DNA of 64,000 bases, taken from IMG/VR virus record IMGVR_UViG_3300032335_000935, positions 4,090-68,089 of that record. The stretch is one strand, 5' to 3'. Shown piece after piece: positions 36,669-44,125 of this stretch (position 1 is the first letter of the stretch; each line of letters begins with the position of its first letter). The DNA is from a virus. The notes below the pieces were generated by a model, which worked only from the letters and a program-made list of their open reading frames with translations, was not told the origin of the DNA and did not search any database. The position numbers were made by a program, and so were the translations under genes.

Positions 36669-36697
36669 TTGACAGCCAATTCTATTGGCTATATAAT
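36669..36697 (+). promoter_or_regulatory. sigma70-like promoter TTGACA-N17-TATAAT inside tRNA array
   Basis: ttgaca 36669-36674, tataat 36692-36697. Confidence 0.55.
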
Positions 36698-36706
36698 TTG
36701 CTTTAC

Positions 36707-36793
36707 GGAGGGCGGGCCGGACGGTAAGGCAGCTGATTGCTAATCAGTACATCGGTGAAAGCCGGTGAGTGGGTTCGACTCCCACGTCCTCCA
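36707..36793 (+). tRNA. tRNA-Ser (GCT), type II
   Basis: acceptor ggagggc/gtcctcc, loop ttGCTaa, long variable arm, T-arm gtggg-ttcgact-cccac, CCA. Confidence 0.8.
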
Positions 36794-36802
36794 CCAAACA
36801 AT

Positions 36803-36874
36803 TCCAGAGTAGCACAGCGGTAGTGCAGTTGACTGTTAATCAATTGGTCGTAGGTTCGATCCCTGCCTCTGGAG
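36803..36874 (+). tRNA. tRNA-Asn (GTT)
   Basis: acceptor tccagag/ctctgga, loop ctGTTaa, T-arm gtagg-ttcgatc-cctgc, CCA. Confidence 0.75.
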
Positions 36875-36882
36875 CCAATTTT

Positions 36883-36953
36883 GCCCCTGTAGCATGAAGG
36901 TCGTGCAGTTGCCTTGTAAGCATCAGGTCCGTGTTCGATTCACGGTGGGGGCA
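36883..36953 (+). tRNA. tRNA-Thr (TGT)
   Basis: acceptor gcccctg/tgggggc, loop ctTGTaa, T-arm ccgtg-ttcgatt-cacgg, CCA. Confidence 0.7.
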
Positions 36954-37004
36954 CCAATTCTGAATCCATACTCTCCCTTGACGAGCTAGGTCACTGGATT
37001 CTTT

Positions 37005-37075
37005 GCGTGGTTAGTTTAACGGTAAAATCAAACGTTGCCAACGTTTAGTCAAGGGTTCGACTCCCTTACCCCGCA
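37005..37075 (+). tRNA. tRNA-Gly (GCC)
   Basis: anticodon aaacg/cgttt loop ttGCCaa, T-arm aaggg-ttcgact-ccctt, CCA. Confidence 0.75.
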
Positions 37076-37085
37076 CCAAATCAAT

Positions 37086-37160
37086 CTCTGTGTAATGTCA
37101 ATCTGGCAGACGGCCTGGTTCGGAGCCAGGAGGCTGTAGGTTCAAATCCTACCACGGAGA
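37086..37160 (+). tRNA. tRNA-Pro (CGG)
   Basis: acceptor ctctgtg/cacggag, anticodon cctgg/ccagg loop ttCGGag, T-arm gtagg-ttcaaat-cctac, CCA. Confidence 0.7.
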
Positions 37161-37170
37161 CCAAGTCAAC

Positions 37171-37244
37171 GCCGCGTTAGCTCATTTGGATAGAGCACTG
37201 TGCTACGAACGCAGGGGCGGGGAGTTCGAATCTCTCACGCGGTA
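37171..37244 (+). tRNA. tRNA-Arg (ACG)
   Basis: acceptor gccgcgt/acgcggt, anticodon ctgtg/cgcag loop ctACGaa, T-arm gggag-ttcgaat-ctctc, CCA. Confidence 0.75.
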
Positions 37245-37270
37245 CCAATTTTTTAAACAAGGACAACAAC

Positions 37271-37522
37271 ATGGAACGATATAAACAACTAGTTCGCATC
37301 CAGCGTTGTGTCCTGGGTGAAGTAGAACATGAAGTAACTGTTCGCAACATCAACGGCAACTATCATTGCCGAGTGTTGGTTAACGGTGAATTGAATCAAG
37401 AAGCAGTATGCTCGAGCAAGCGTGACATTGGTTACACTTGCCGTAGTTTGCTTCGTTGGGAAGACAAGTGCGGTAACATCAGCAAGTTTGCAAGTGCCGC
37501 AAGAGAGCGTTTATTCGCTTGA
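37271..37522 (+). CDS. hypothetical small Cys-containing protein (83 aa)
   Basis: RBS AAGGA upstream. Confidence 0.35.
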   Translation: MERYKQLVRIQRCVLGEVEHEVTVRNINGNYHCRVLVNGELNQEAVCSSKRDIGYTCRSLLRWEDKCGNISKFASAARERLFA

Positions 37523-37575
37523 TTTTTAAAAGGAAGATGATATGAAACGAGGTAAACGATAGTGTCATCCTGGAT

Positions 37576-37703
37576 CCCGTATGGTCCTGGATGGCACGAT
37601 AAAGAAAATTATTTACGATCCATCCCTCACAAACATTAAGGTGATGTAACCGGCTCTTAACCGGTAAAACACGGATCGTTACCGTGGTGTGGGACCATAC
37701 GGG
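37576..37703 (+). repeat. 12-bp perfect inverted repeat pair (cccgtatggtcc / ggaccatacggg) bracketing the variant tRNA-Lys(CTT); right arm overlaps its 3' end/CCA and the start of tRNA-Lys(TTT)
   Basis: arms 37576-37587 and 37692-37703. Confidence 0.6.
37624..37694 (+). tRNA. tRNA-Lys-like (CTT) with variant T-loop ATCGTTA
   Basis: D acat/atgt, anticodon accgg/ccggt loop ctCTTaa, T-arm cacgg-atcgtta-ccgtg, CCA; one acceptor mismatch. Confidence 0.55.
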
Positions 37704-37774
37704 TTTATAGTTTAACGGCTAAAACATCTGGCTTTTAACCAGTAAGAGTCTCGGTTCGAATCCGAGTAGACCCA
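37701..37774 (+). tRNA. tRNA-Lys (TTT)
   Basis: acceptor gggttta/tagaccc, loop ctTTTaa, T-arm ctcgg-ttcgaat-ccgag, CCA. Confidence 0.7.
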
Positions 37775-37780
37775 CCAAAG

Positions 37781-37845
37781 TTTTCATATAATTGAACTGT
37801 AGGCATAAATACAGTATAGAAAGTATGAGTTCAATTATATGAAAA
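37781..37845 (+). repeat. 18-bp perfect inverted repeat (ttttcatataattgaact / agttcaattatatgaaaa) at 5' edge of HNH cassette; HNH ATG lies in right arm
   Basis: arms 37781-37798 and 37828-37845. Confidence 0.6.
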
Positions 37846-38417
37846 TTTGCCCCAAATGTAACACAGCGCATGAAAAATCAGGAACCTTTTGTTCTAGGAC
37901 TTGTGCTAACAGTAGAGTTTTTTCCGAAGATAGTAAGAAAAAGAAAAGCGTTGCTAACATCGGTAAGACAGCGAGAAAAACTGCTATCACACCCGAAGAA
38001 AGAGCAAGCAATATTGCTAAAACAAAAGCATGGGCACTAGAGAAATACAATTCAGCTACTTTTGACGAGTTAGGGCTGAGTAATAAGAAACGCCGAGTAG
38101 TTGAAGAACAGCAAGGTAAATGTAATCACTGTGGTATCTCTGAATGGAATGGCAAGCCTATTGTTCTTGAGTACGAACATAAAGATGGAAACAACCAAAA
38201 CAATTCAAGAGATAATGTTGAATGTATTTGTCCTAACTGTCATTCACAGACAGATACATGGCGAGGACGAAACAATAAGAAAGAAAAAATCAGTGATGAA
38301 CGATTGTTAGAAGCGTTACAATCACATGACACACCTTCAGCCGCTTTGAGAAGTTTAGGTATGGCTGACAAAGGTGGCAATTTCAGTCGAGTTAACAAGT
38401 TGTTAGGAGTTAAGTAA
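37839..38417 (+). CDS. HNH homing endonuclease
   Basis: CNHCGISEWNG...EYEHKDGNNQNNSRDNVECICPNCHSQTD (HNH with zinc CxxC pairs); AT-rich island inside tRNA array. Confidence 0.85.
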   Translation: MKICPKCNTAHEKSGTFCSRTCANSRVFSEDSKKKKSVANIGKTARKTAITPEERASNIAKTKAWALEKYNSATFDELGLSNKKRRVVEEQQGKCNHCGISEWNGKPIVLEYEHKDGNNQNNSRDNVECICPNCHSQTDTWRGRNNKKEKISDERLLEALQSHDTPSAALRSLGMADKGGNFSRVNKLLGVK

Positions 38418-38573
38418 TGAATGAACAAGACCTATACAATGATTTGTGGACTAAAATCCACGATTTAGTTGATAGTGAGTTAGCAAACGCAGACCCAGAA
38501 ACAGAGGAATACATCCGCAAAAAACTCACGGAATCTTTTAGATTTTGGAAGCGTGGAGAATAAATACTATACT

Positions 38574-38969
38574 ATGACAAACAAATCTATCCGCGATTAT
38601 ATCAACCTTATTGAAAATGCCCAAAGCGAAGAAGTAGCAGAGGGCTGGACCAAAACTCCTAGTGGTGATTATATAAATCAACACACTGGTGTTCGCTCAT
38701 CTAAACCTCCTGTAAAGAAAAAACGAGGTGAAAAGACCGGAGCCGAATGGGACGCAATAGAGAAAGCAAAGAAGGATAAAGAGCAAGGTGTGGCGGAAGG
38801 CTCTTTAGAAGAATACGGCGATACTAACAAAGGTCAAAAGATGTTAGGCAAGGTCCACAATCGTGCCGCAGATAGAGTAACAAGTAAACAAGCAGATAAA
38901 GATCCAGAATATGCCCGCAAGGCACAACAGACTCAGGATCGTGCTTGGGACAGATTAAAAGACAAATGA
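38574..38969 (+). CDS. hypothetical Lys/Glu-rich protein in HNH island
   Basis: start at ATG 38574 after TAA of preceding small ORF. Confidence 0.35.
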   Translation: MTNKSIRDYINLIENAQSEEVAEGWTKTPSGDYINQHTGVRSSKPPVKKKRGEKTGAEWDAIEKAKKDKEQGVAEGSLEEYGDTNKGQKMLGKVHNRAADRVTSKQADKDPEYARKAQQTQDRAWDRLKDK

Positions 38970-39019
38970 TTATTGCTAAACTCAGCAAATAAAATCTAAG
39001 ACTTCAAAGATCCGTAAAT

Positions 39020-39044
39020 CAGAGTTCGATTCTCTGTGCCCCTA
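39020..39044 (+). pseudogene. tRNA 3'-half fragment (T-arm + acceptor 3' strand + CCA) lacking a 5' half
   Basis: cagag-ttcgatt-ctctg tgcccct a CCA at distal edge of HNH island; no complementary aggggca upstream. Confidence 0.45.
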
Positions 39045-39132
39045 CCATATAAGAACACATTCACAGATCCGCCCGATAGTAAGGGAGATAGCGACTAGCG
39101 TTGAAGGACTGTTCAAGAGTGTGTTCCTATAT

Positions 39133-39204
39133 GGTGTCCATAGTTTAGTGGCAAAACCGCGGGTTGTGATTCCGCTATCATGAGTTCGATTCTCATTGGA
39201 TACC
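39133..39204 (+). tRNA. tRNA-His (GTG) with encoded G-1
   Basis: G-1 (39133) opposite discriminator C73; anticodon gcggg/tccgc loop ttGTGat; T-arm atgag-ttcgatt-ctcat; CCA. Confidence 0.8.
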
Positions 39205-39208
39205 CCAA

Positions 39209-39280
39209 GGTGATATGGCGTAGATGGATGCGCACCGGACTCATAAGCCGAGGAGGAAGGATCGATACCTTCTATCACCA
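39209..39280 (+). tRNA. tRNA-Met/Ile2-like (CAT) with variant T-loop ATCGATA and weak anticodon stem
   Basis: acceptor ggtgata/tatcacc, loop ctCATaa, T-arm gaagg-atcgata-ccttc, CCA. Confidence 0.5.
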
Positions 39281-39292
39281 CCAAGTTAGTAT

Positions 39293-39365
39293 ACCCTGTT
39301 CGCCAAGTTGGTAAGGCATCGGATTTTGATTCCGACATTCGGTGGTTCGAGTCCATCACGGGGTG
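39293..39365 (+). tRNA. tRNA-Gln (TTG), second copy
   Basis: acceptor accctgt/acggggt, anticodon tcgga/tccga loop ttTTGat, T-arm ggtgg-ttcgagt-ccatc, CCA. Confidence 0.65.
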
Positions 39366-39375
39366 CCAAACTCAG

Positions 39376-39404
39376 TTGACAGCCTTGGCTGTTGATGTTA
39401 CAAT
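39376..39404 (+). promoter_or_regulatory. sigma70-like promoter TTGACA-N17-TACAAT inside tRNA array
   Basis: ttgaca 39376-39381, tacaat 39399-39404. Confidence 0.5.
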
Positions 39405-39412
39405 ATACATGT

Positions 39413-39485
39413 GCGGGTGAAGTGTTTACGGTTACACGTCAGTCTTCCAAACTGAAATAGACGAGTTCGAATCTCGCCTCCCGCT
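39413..39485 (+). tRNA. tRNA-Gly (TCC)
   Basis: anticodon tcagt/actga loop ctTCCaa, T-arm cgag-ttcgaat-ctcg, CCA; one acceptor mismatch. Confidence 0.65.
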
Positions 39486-39494
39486 CCAAACAGC

Positions 39495-39566
39495 GCCTGG
39501 TTAGCTCAGGGGTAGAGCGTCTCGTTTACACCGAGAGGGTCGGCAGTTCGAAACTGTCACCAGGTA
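39495..39566 (+). tRNA. tRNA-Val (TAC)
   Basis: D gctc/gagc, anticodon tctcg/cgaga loop ttTACac, T-arm ggcag-ttcgaaa-ctgtc, CCA. Confidence 0.8.
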
Positions 39567-39576
39567 CCATTTTAAT

Positions 39577-39645
39577 CGCGGGGATTCAGGGTAAAGGTCA
39601 GTCTCATAAGCTCGGCCTGGGTGTGTTCGAGTCCGCCCCCCGCAA
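39577..39645 (+). pseudogene. degenerate tRNA-like element (CAT loop, truncated D-arm) sharing a 17-mer with 33219-33235
   Basis: acceptor-like cgcgggg/ccccgca + CCA, loop ctCATaa, no proper D-arm or T-stem. Confidence 0.35.
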
Positions 39646-39654
39646 CCAACTCAT

Positions 39655-39728
39655 CGGAGTGTGGCGCAGTCTGGTAGCGCACCTGGTTTGGGACCAGGGG
39701 GTCCAAGGTTCGAATCCTTGTACTCCGA
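39655..39728 (+). tRNA. tRNA-Pro (TGG)
   Basis: acceptor cggagtg/tactccg, D gcgc/gcgc, anticodon cctgg/ccagg loop ttTGGga, T-arm caagg-ttcgaat-ccttg, CCA. Confidence 0.8.
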
Positions 39729-39744
39729 CCATACAAAGGAACAG

Positions 39745-39918
39745 TATGACTTGTAGAGGTTATGATTCTCGCACAGTAAAGCTCAGCAAAGCCGTCAAAC
39801 TCAGTGCGGCCGGAATCCTTGATGCACATCGTCGTGGTGCGTTCATTCGCAGCTATGTGCTGGTGGCTCGCGAAGCTGCACAAAATCGTTCGTCGCGACG
39901 CGAACGACAACGATAATA
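39745..39918 (+). CDS. hypothetical small basic protein (57 aa) between tRNAs
   Basis: RBS AAAGGA 8 nt upstream of ATG 39745. Confidence 0.3.
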
Positions 39919-39924
39919 CACAAT

Positions 39925-40013
39925 GGAAGTGTGTCAGAGTCCGGTTTATTGAACTAGTCTTGAAAACTAGCGATCCAGAAATGGGTCCGTGGGTTCGAAT
40001 CCCACCGCTTCCA
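39925..40013 (+). tRNA. tRNA-Ser (TGA), type II
   Basis: acceptor ggaagtg/cgcttcc, anticodon ctagt/actag loop ctTGAaa, long variable arm, T-arm gtggg-ttcgaat-cccac, CCA. Confidence 0.8.
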
Positions 40014-40020
40014 CCATATT

Positions 40021-40093
40021 GCCCCGGTGACGGAATGGTATACGTGTTGGTCTTAGAAACCAAATTTTAGGAGTTCGAGTCTCCTCTGGGGCA
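40021..40093 (+). tRNA. tRNA with anticodon TAG (Leu codon CUA) but type-I architecture (short variable arm), A73
   Basis: acceptor gccccgg/ctggggc, Leu-like D-arm acggaatggtatacgt, anticodon ttggt/accaa loop ctTAGaa, var 5 nt, T-arm aggag-ttcgagt-ctcct, CCA. Confidence 0.6.
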
Positions 40094-40150
40094 CCAAGAT
40101 TCTCCCTTGCATGCGGAGTACAATAGGAAAAGTAGCATGCAACACATTCT

Positions 40151-40222
40151 GCGTGATTAACTCAGTGGTAGAGTCCCGTCCTGACTCGACGGTGGTCAGG
40201 AGTTCGAATCTCTTATCACGCA
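40151..40222 (+). tRNA. tRNA-Val (GAC)
   Basis: acceptor gcgtgat/atcacgc, anticodon ccgtc/gacgg loop ctGACtc, T-arm aggag-ttcgaat-ctctt, CCA. Confidence 0.75.
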
Positions 40223-40232
40223 CCAACAATTT

Positions 40233-40305
40233 GCCGCGGTAGCTCATCAGGTAGAGCAGCAGACTGAAAATCTGTGTGTGGCTGGTTCGAGTCCAGCTCG
40301 CGGTA
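40233..40305 (+). tRNA. tRNA-Phe (GAA)
   Basis: acceptor gccgcgg/tcgcggt, anticodon gcaga/tctgt loop ctGAAaa, T-arm gctgg-ttcgagt-ccagc, CCA. Confidence 0.8.
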
Positions 40306-40314
40306 CCATAACAG

Positions 40315-40388
40315 GCCCTGGTGGTGGAATTGGCAGACACACTGCGTTGAGGTCGCAGGCACTACGGGTTCGAGTCCCGTCTAGGGTA
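40315..40388 (+). tRNA. tRNA-Leu (GAG) lacking long variable arm (type-I-like, 74 nt)
   Basis: acceptor gccctgg/ctagggt A73, Leu-type D-arm gtggaattggcagacac, anticodon ctgcg/cgcag loop ttGAGgt, var gcact, T-arm acggg-ttcgagt-cccgt, CCA. Confidence 0.65.
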
Positions 40389-40602
40389 CCAAGTTTTGCA
40401 AACAAACACTCGTGCGGGGGTAATACCCCTTGAAGCTCTGTGCAGTGATGCGCATCTTCTATGGATCAGTTGGTGGGATGAGAGGTCCTTCACTGTTTCC
40501 GGTGTCAAGAATTATCCATTCGGTGGAGCCGGAGTGCCAACCCTGGTCGATAGTTCACAGCCACACGCCCCGGCGAAACCGGATTGTTTGCAATTTTTTA
40601 TT

Positions 40603-40675
<73 letters not shown>

Positions 40676-40682
40676 CCAATTT

Positions 40683-40768
40683 GGAAGGTTAACTGGGCTG
40701 GGCCCAGCACTGTTTCGAAAACAGATGGACTGCAAAAGCGGTTGGAGTTCGATTCTGCCATCCTTCCT
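40683..40768 (+). tRNA. tRNA-like, 86 nt, unclassified (6-bp internal hairpins; poor T-stem)
   Basis: ends ggaagg.../...ccttcc-t-CCA; ttcgatt T-loop-like; anticodon not identifiable. Confidence 0.3.
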
Positions 40769-40895
40769 CCACGTTACTGTAAATAGACAATACATGGTAC
40801 ACGGGATTATCATCACTGACAATGCTTTTTTAGAAAGCGATGTGGGCATTGACAAAAAACTCGCCTTTGATTACTCACAGGTCTATAACTGACAT

Positions 40896-40963
40896 TGGCT
40901 CACTCTGGCGATTCTCAGGAGTCCAAATCCATGGGATCTGGGGTTCGATTCCCTGAGGGCCAG
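40896..40963 (+). tRNA. tRNA-like, unclassified (possible TCC loop)
   Basis: acceptor tggctca/agggcca (6/7) + CCA, T-arm tgggg-ttcgatt-ccctg. Confidence 0.35.
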
Positions 40964-40975
40964 CCACATACATGC

Positions 40976-41004
40976 TTGACCACAATTTGTGGTCAGTGTA
41001 TAAT
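40976..41004 (+). promoter_or_regulatory. sigma70-like promoter TTGACC-N17-TATAAT immediately upstream of tRNA-Pro(GGG)
   Basis: ttgacc 40976-40981, tataat 40999-41004. Confidence 0.55.
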
Positions 41005-41008
41005 CAAA

Positions 41009-41082
41009 CTCTGTATAGCGCAGCCCGGTAGCGCACTAGTCTGGGGGACTAGGGGTCGCAGGTTCGAACCCTGCTACAGAGA
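41009..41082 (+). tRNA. tRNA-Pro (GGG)
   Basis: acceptor ctctgta/tacagag, D gcgc/gcgc, anticodon ctagt/actag loop ctGGGgg, T-arm gcagg-ttcgaac-cctgc, CCA. Confidence 0.75.
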
Positions 41083-41090
41083 CCAACTAT

Positions 41091-41170
41091 GCCCAGGTGG
41101 CGGAATAGGTAGACGCACCGGACTCAAAATCCGGCGGGAAACCGTGAGGGTTCGAGTCCCTCCCTGGGCA
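41091..41170 (+). tRNA. tRNA-Leu (CAA), type II
   Basis: acceptor gcccagg/cctgggc, D gcggaataggtagacgc, anticodon ccgga/tccgg loop ctCAAaa, long variable arm, T-arm gaggg-ttcgagt-ccctc, CCA. Confidence 0.8.
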
Positions 41171-41195
41171 CCAACTAAATATAGTAGGGCAACAC

Positions 41196-41666
41196 ATGAA
41201 AAAGCTCAATCTTGACGAAGTCAAGGCCTTTATTGAGGCACAAACACCGGAAACCAAAATCTACCTTGGTTGCGACTCAGAACGACTCCGCATCGACGGT
41301 CGTTGGTACGCTGACTATGTGTTGGCCATTGTGGTGCACATCAACGGCAACAACGGCTGCAAACTGTTTGGCGAAGTACAGCGCGAACCGGTATGGGACG
41401 CCAAGCCTGGCAAGCCTGCTATGCGACTCATGACCGAAGTCTACAAGGTTTCAGAACTGTACCTCAAGCTGGCCGAAGTGCTTGAGGGTCGTGAAGTAGA
41501 AGTGCACTTGGACATCAACCCCGACGAACACTATGGCTCAAGCTGTGTGATTTCACAGGCCATTGGCTATATCAAAGGCACTTGCAACGTGGTTCCGTTT
41601 GTGAAGCCCCGTGCTTTTGCTGCCAGCTATGCCGCTGACCGATTCAAAGGTCTCCGGGCTGCCTAA
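41196..41666 (+). CDS. hypothetical protein (156 aa)
   Basis: ORF track. Confidence 0.45.
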   Translation: MKKLNLDEVKAFIEAQTPETKIYLGCDSERLRIDGRWYADYVLAIVVHINGNNGCKLFGEVQREPVWDAKPGKPAMRLMTEVYKVSELYLKLAEVLEGREVEVHLDINPDEHYGSSCVISQAIGYIKGTCNVVPFVKPRAFAASYAADRFKGLRAA

Positions 41667-42006
41667 GCCACTGCACAAGCAAGTTAACCAAAATTGCTTG
41701 CTTGTACAGCGACAATGCTGTACAATTGTTTTTGTCAACACAGTGTTGTGTTGACCGGTGAAGCAAAAGGTAGATGAGGACAGGCATAACATTTTAGCCT
41801 TCAAAGCTGAAATGACTCAAACTTGGCTTCCGGGCTAACCCCCGGGTCGTACTTGTGTGCTCTGGATCTAACATATCAGACTTGTGATTTGCTGCCAGAC
41901 ATATACAGGTCACTGTGCTTTGCATGTTGTGACTTGCTGTTTGCATGTTGTTCAGTCTGTTACTTGATCTTTTGCGGATCCGTCTTTTTGTTTTTTTGAA
42001 TGGAGA

Positions 42007-42579
42007 ATGCTCGTGAATATTTCTTTGCGCAAAGCCAATGCCCTGCAGAACAGCATCCTGGATGCTATCCGTGGCCTGGCCGTGACCCCAGTGGTCAGCC
42101 TTAACGAATTCCAAGACGCCGAGCAAGAGATTGCTGCCGTGCGTACCACTGTGTTGGATCAACTCAACACTCGTCGCTATCTCTACAATGCCTTGTACGA
42201 AATCCGTCAGGCAGTGAGTGTAGCCAATCACCGTGTGGGCATCGATGCTCGCTTGGCCGAAGTAGCCCACACCGACAAGTTGGTGCAGGTGTACCAAAGT
42301 CTGGCCGATGGCAAGGCTCGTGATGCCGCTGCTGTGGTGGCTGGCAAGTTGGAGAGACTACGATCGCGTGTAGAAAGCAGCCGCTTGTATGCGTTTGAAA
42401 GCACTGTAGAAACTTCAGCATTGAGCCAAGAAGATCTTGACAGCTTTCGTCGGGAAGTGGCTCAGCTCAAGAAGGCCAAGCAAAAGGTTCAGGACGAAAT
42501 CCTGGAACTCAACGTGCGCACTGAAATCACTCTCAGTGACAGCACTCGAGCTGTGTTGACCAGCCAAGGCCTGGTGTAA
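42007..42579 (+). CDS. hypothetical coiled-coil-like protein
   Basis: RBS GGAGA before ATG 42007. Confidence 0.4.
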   Translation: MLVNISLRKANALQNSILDAIRGLAVTPVVSLNEFQDAEQEIAAVRTTVLDQLNTRRYLYNALYEIRQAVSVANHRVGIDARLAEVAHTDKLVQVYQSLADGKARDAAAVVAGKLERLRSRVESSRLYAFESTVETSALSQEDLDSFRREVAQLKKAKQKVQDEILELNVRTEITLSDSTRAVLTSQGLV

Positions 42580-42618
42580 TCACTGTCCGGGTGAGATTCC
42601 CGGACTAGACAATGTCAT

Positions 42619-42691
<73 letters not shown>

Positions 42692-42695
42692 CCAC

Positions 42696-43400
42696 TTAAC
42701 CACGAACCTGGGCTAGGCCCAGAGTCTTCAATAGGTGAATGTAAACCCAGCCAATGTCTAGTTCGTACCAGCGACAACTGAATCGAGCACTGGCTCCGTT
42801 GCCGTGATGATTGTTGTGTAGTTCTTCTCCGCCAATCCAGATGCCAATAGGCAAGAGATTGCGACTGGTGTCTTGCACAGCATAGTTTCGATATCCCCAC
42901 CAGTGTGCTAGGCCATTGATTACACCAGCAGCCCAGAACGGAATCCAGATCATTTGTATGAGCCAGATCACTGGTCCCCACCAGCCAAACATCAAGGTGT
43001 TGAACACAAAGAGAAGGCCAATGCCAAGGGTAGGTCTAGCACTGTATAAGTGAAGCTCCACCCAATCAGTAGGACAACCGCGACCAAGTGCAGTGACCAT
43101 GTCACTATCTTGTTTTGCTTTGACATATAAGAATGCTCCCCCAAACAACACTTTCCAGATACCGTGAATTTTTGGGCTGTGTGGATCACGGTCTGTGTCA
43201 CTGGCCTGATGATGTCGTCGATGTACTGCTACCCATTCGCGTGTGATCATGCCTGTTGTGAGCCATAACCAAAAACGAAAAAAGTGTGCAATCACAGGAT
43301 GAAACTCCACGCTGCGATGTGCTTGGCTGCGGTGTAGATACAGCGTCACAGCCATTATGGTGATGTGTGTGGCCACCAACAAATAAATAATTTCAGTCAT
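42696..43400 (-). CDS. membrane fatty-acid (acyl-lipid) desaturase
   Basis: TM helices plus His boxes HRSQAH, HRRHH, HNNHH in canonical order. Confidence 0.85.
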   Translation of the reverse strand: MTEIIYLLVATHITIMAVTLYLHRSQAHRSVEFHPVIAHFFRFWLWLTTGMITREWVAVHRRHHQASDTDRDPHSPKIHGIWKVLFGGAFLYVKAKQDSDMVTALGRGCPTDWVELHLYSARPTLGIGLLFVFNTLMFGWWGPVIWLIQMIWIPFWAAGVINGLAHWWGYRNYAVQDTSRNLLPIGIWIGGEELHNNHHGNGASARFSCRWYELDIGWVYIHLLKTLGLAQVRG

Positions 43401-43419
43401 ATATTACTTATCAAAATCT

Positions 43420-43491
43420 CGGGCCTTAGTTCAATGGATAGAATGCGATGCTTCGAACTTCGAGATGTGGGTTCGATTCCTGCAGGCCCGG
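43420..43491 (+). tRNA. tRNA-Arg (TCG)
   Basis: acceptor cgggcct/aggcccg, D gttc/gaat, anticodon cgatg/cttcg (4/5) loop ctTCGaa, T-arm gtggg-ttcgatt-cctgc, CCA. Confidence 0.6.
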
Positions 43492-43498
43492 CCATGTC

Positions 43499-44125
43499 AT
43501 GAATATCTGTGTGTTTGGTGGCGGTGGCACGTTGGGCCAATTTGGTCCTGACTTCTGCCAACGTGCCACCGGCGACGGCCACAACGTTTACACCATATCT
43601 CACACAGATCGCCCTACCAGCATCACTGCCAACTTTGACAACACCGCAGATGTGGTTCACAAGTTTGAATCTGTGGCCAGCAAAGTGACCTTGGATCTAG
43701 TGATATACAATACCACAGCATCTGGGTACCCTGATCAACCCAATTGTTTTGCCGCTGATCATGAATACCAAGAACAACACTGGCTAGACAGTGTGAGAAT
43801 CCATGCTGCAATTCCGCATGCTGTGGCTCTAAAGTCCATGCAATACATGCAGCCTGGCAGCGCCATGGTGTTCATGACTTCGGGGATTTCCTGGGAACAT
43901 GATCGTAGCTACAGCACCTGGGCTGCCGGGTATGCTGGCGGCAAATCCATGCAAAATCATCTCATGTTGGCCTTGGCCCAACACAACGACCGCGGCATGA
44001 TCTTTACATCCATTGCACCGCACTTTACTCCCCAAACCTATCCCAACATTTTTGAAAAAATTTATCAGCATGTCATGGCCATTGACCAACAACACAGCGG
44101 TCAAATCCTAAGATTTTGGAATTAG
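43499..44125 (+). CDS. short-chain dehydrogenase/reductase-like NAD(P)-binding protein
   Basis: MNICVFGGGGTLGQ Rossmann motif; start trimmed to avoid tRNA overlap. Confidence 0.65.
   Translation: MNICVFGGGGTLGQFGPDFCQRATGDGHNVYTISHTDRPTSITANFDNTADVVHKFESVASKVTLDLVIYNTTASGYPDQPNCFAADHEYQEQHWLDSVRIHAAIPHAVALKSMQYMQPGSAMVFMTSGISWEHDRSYSTWAAGYAGGKSMQNHLMLALAQHNDRGMIFTSIAPHFTPQTYPNIFEKIYQHVMAIDQQHSGQILRFWN

Noticed and set aside
39572-40063. 163-aa minus-strand ORF spanning several tRNA genes
   Set aside because: Runs antisense across four confidently folded tRNAs; translation is tRNA-complement junk
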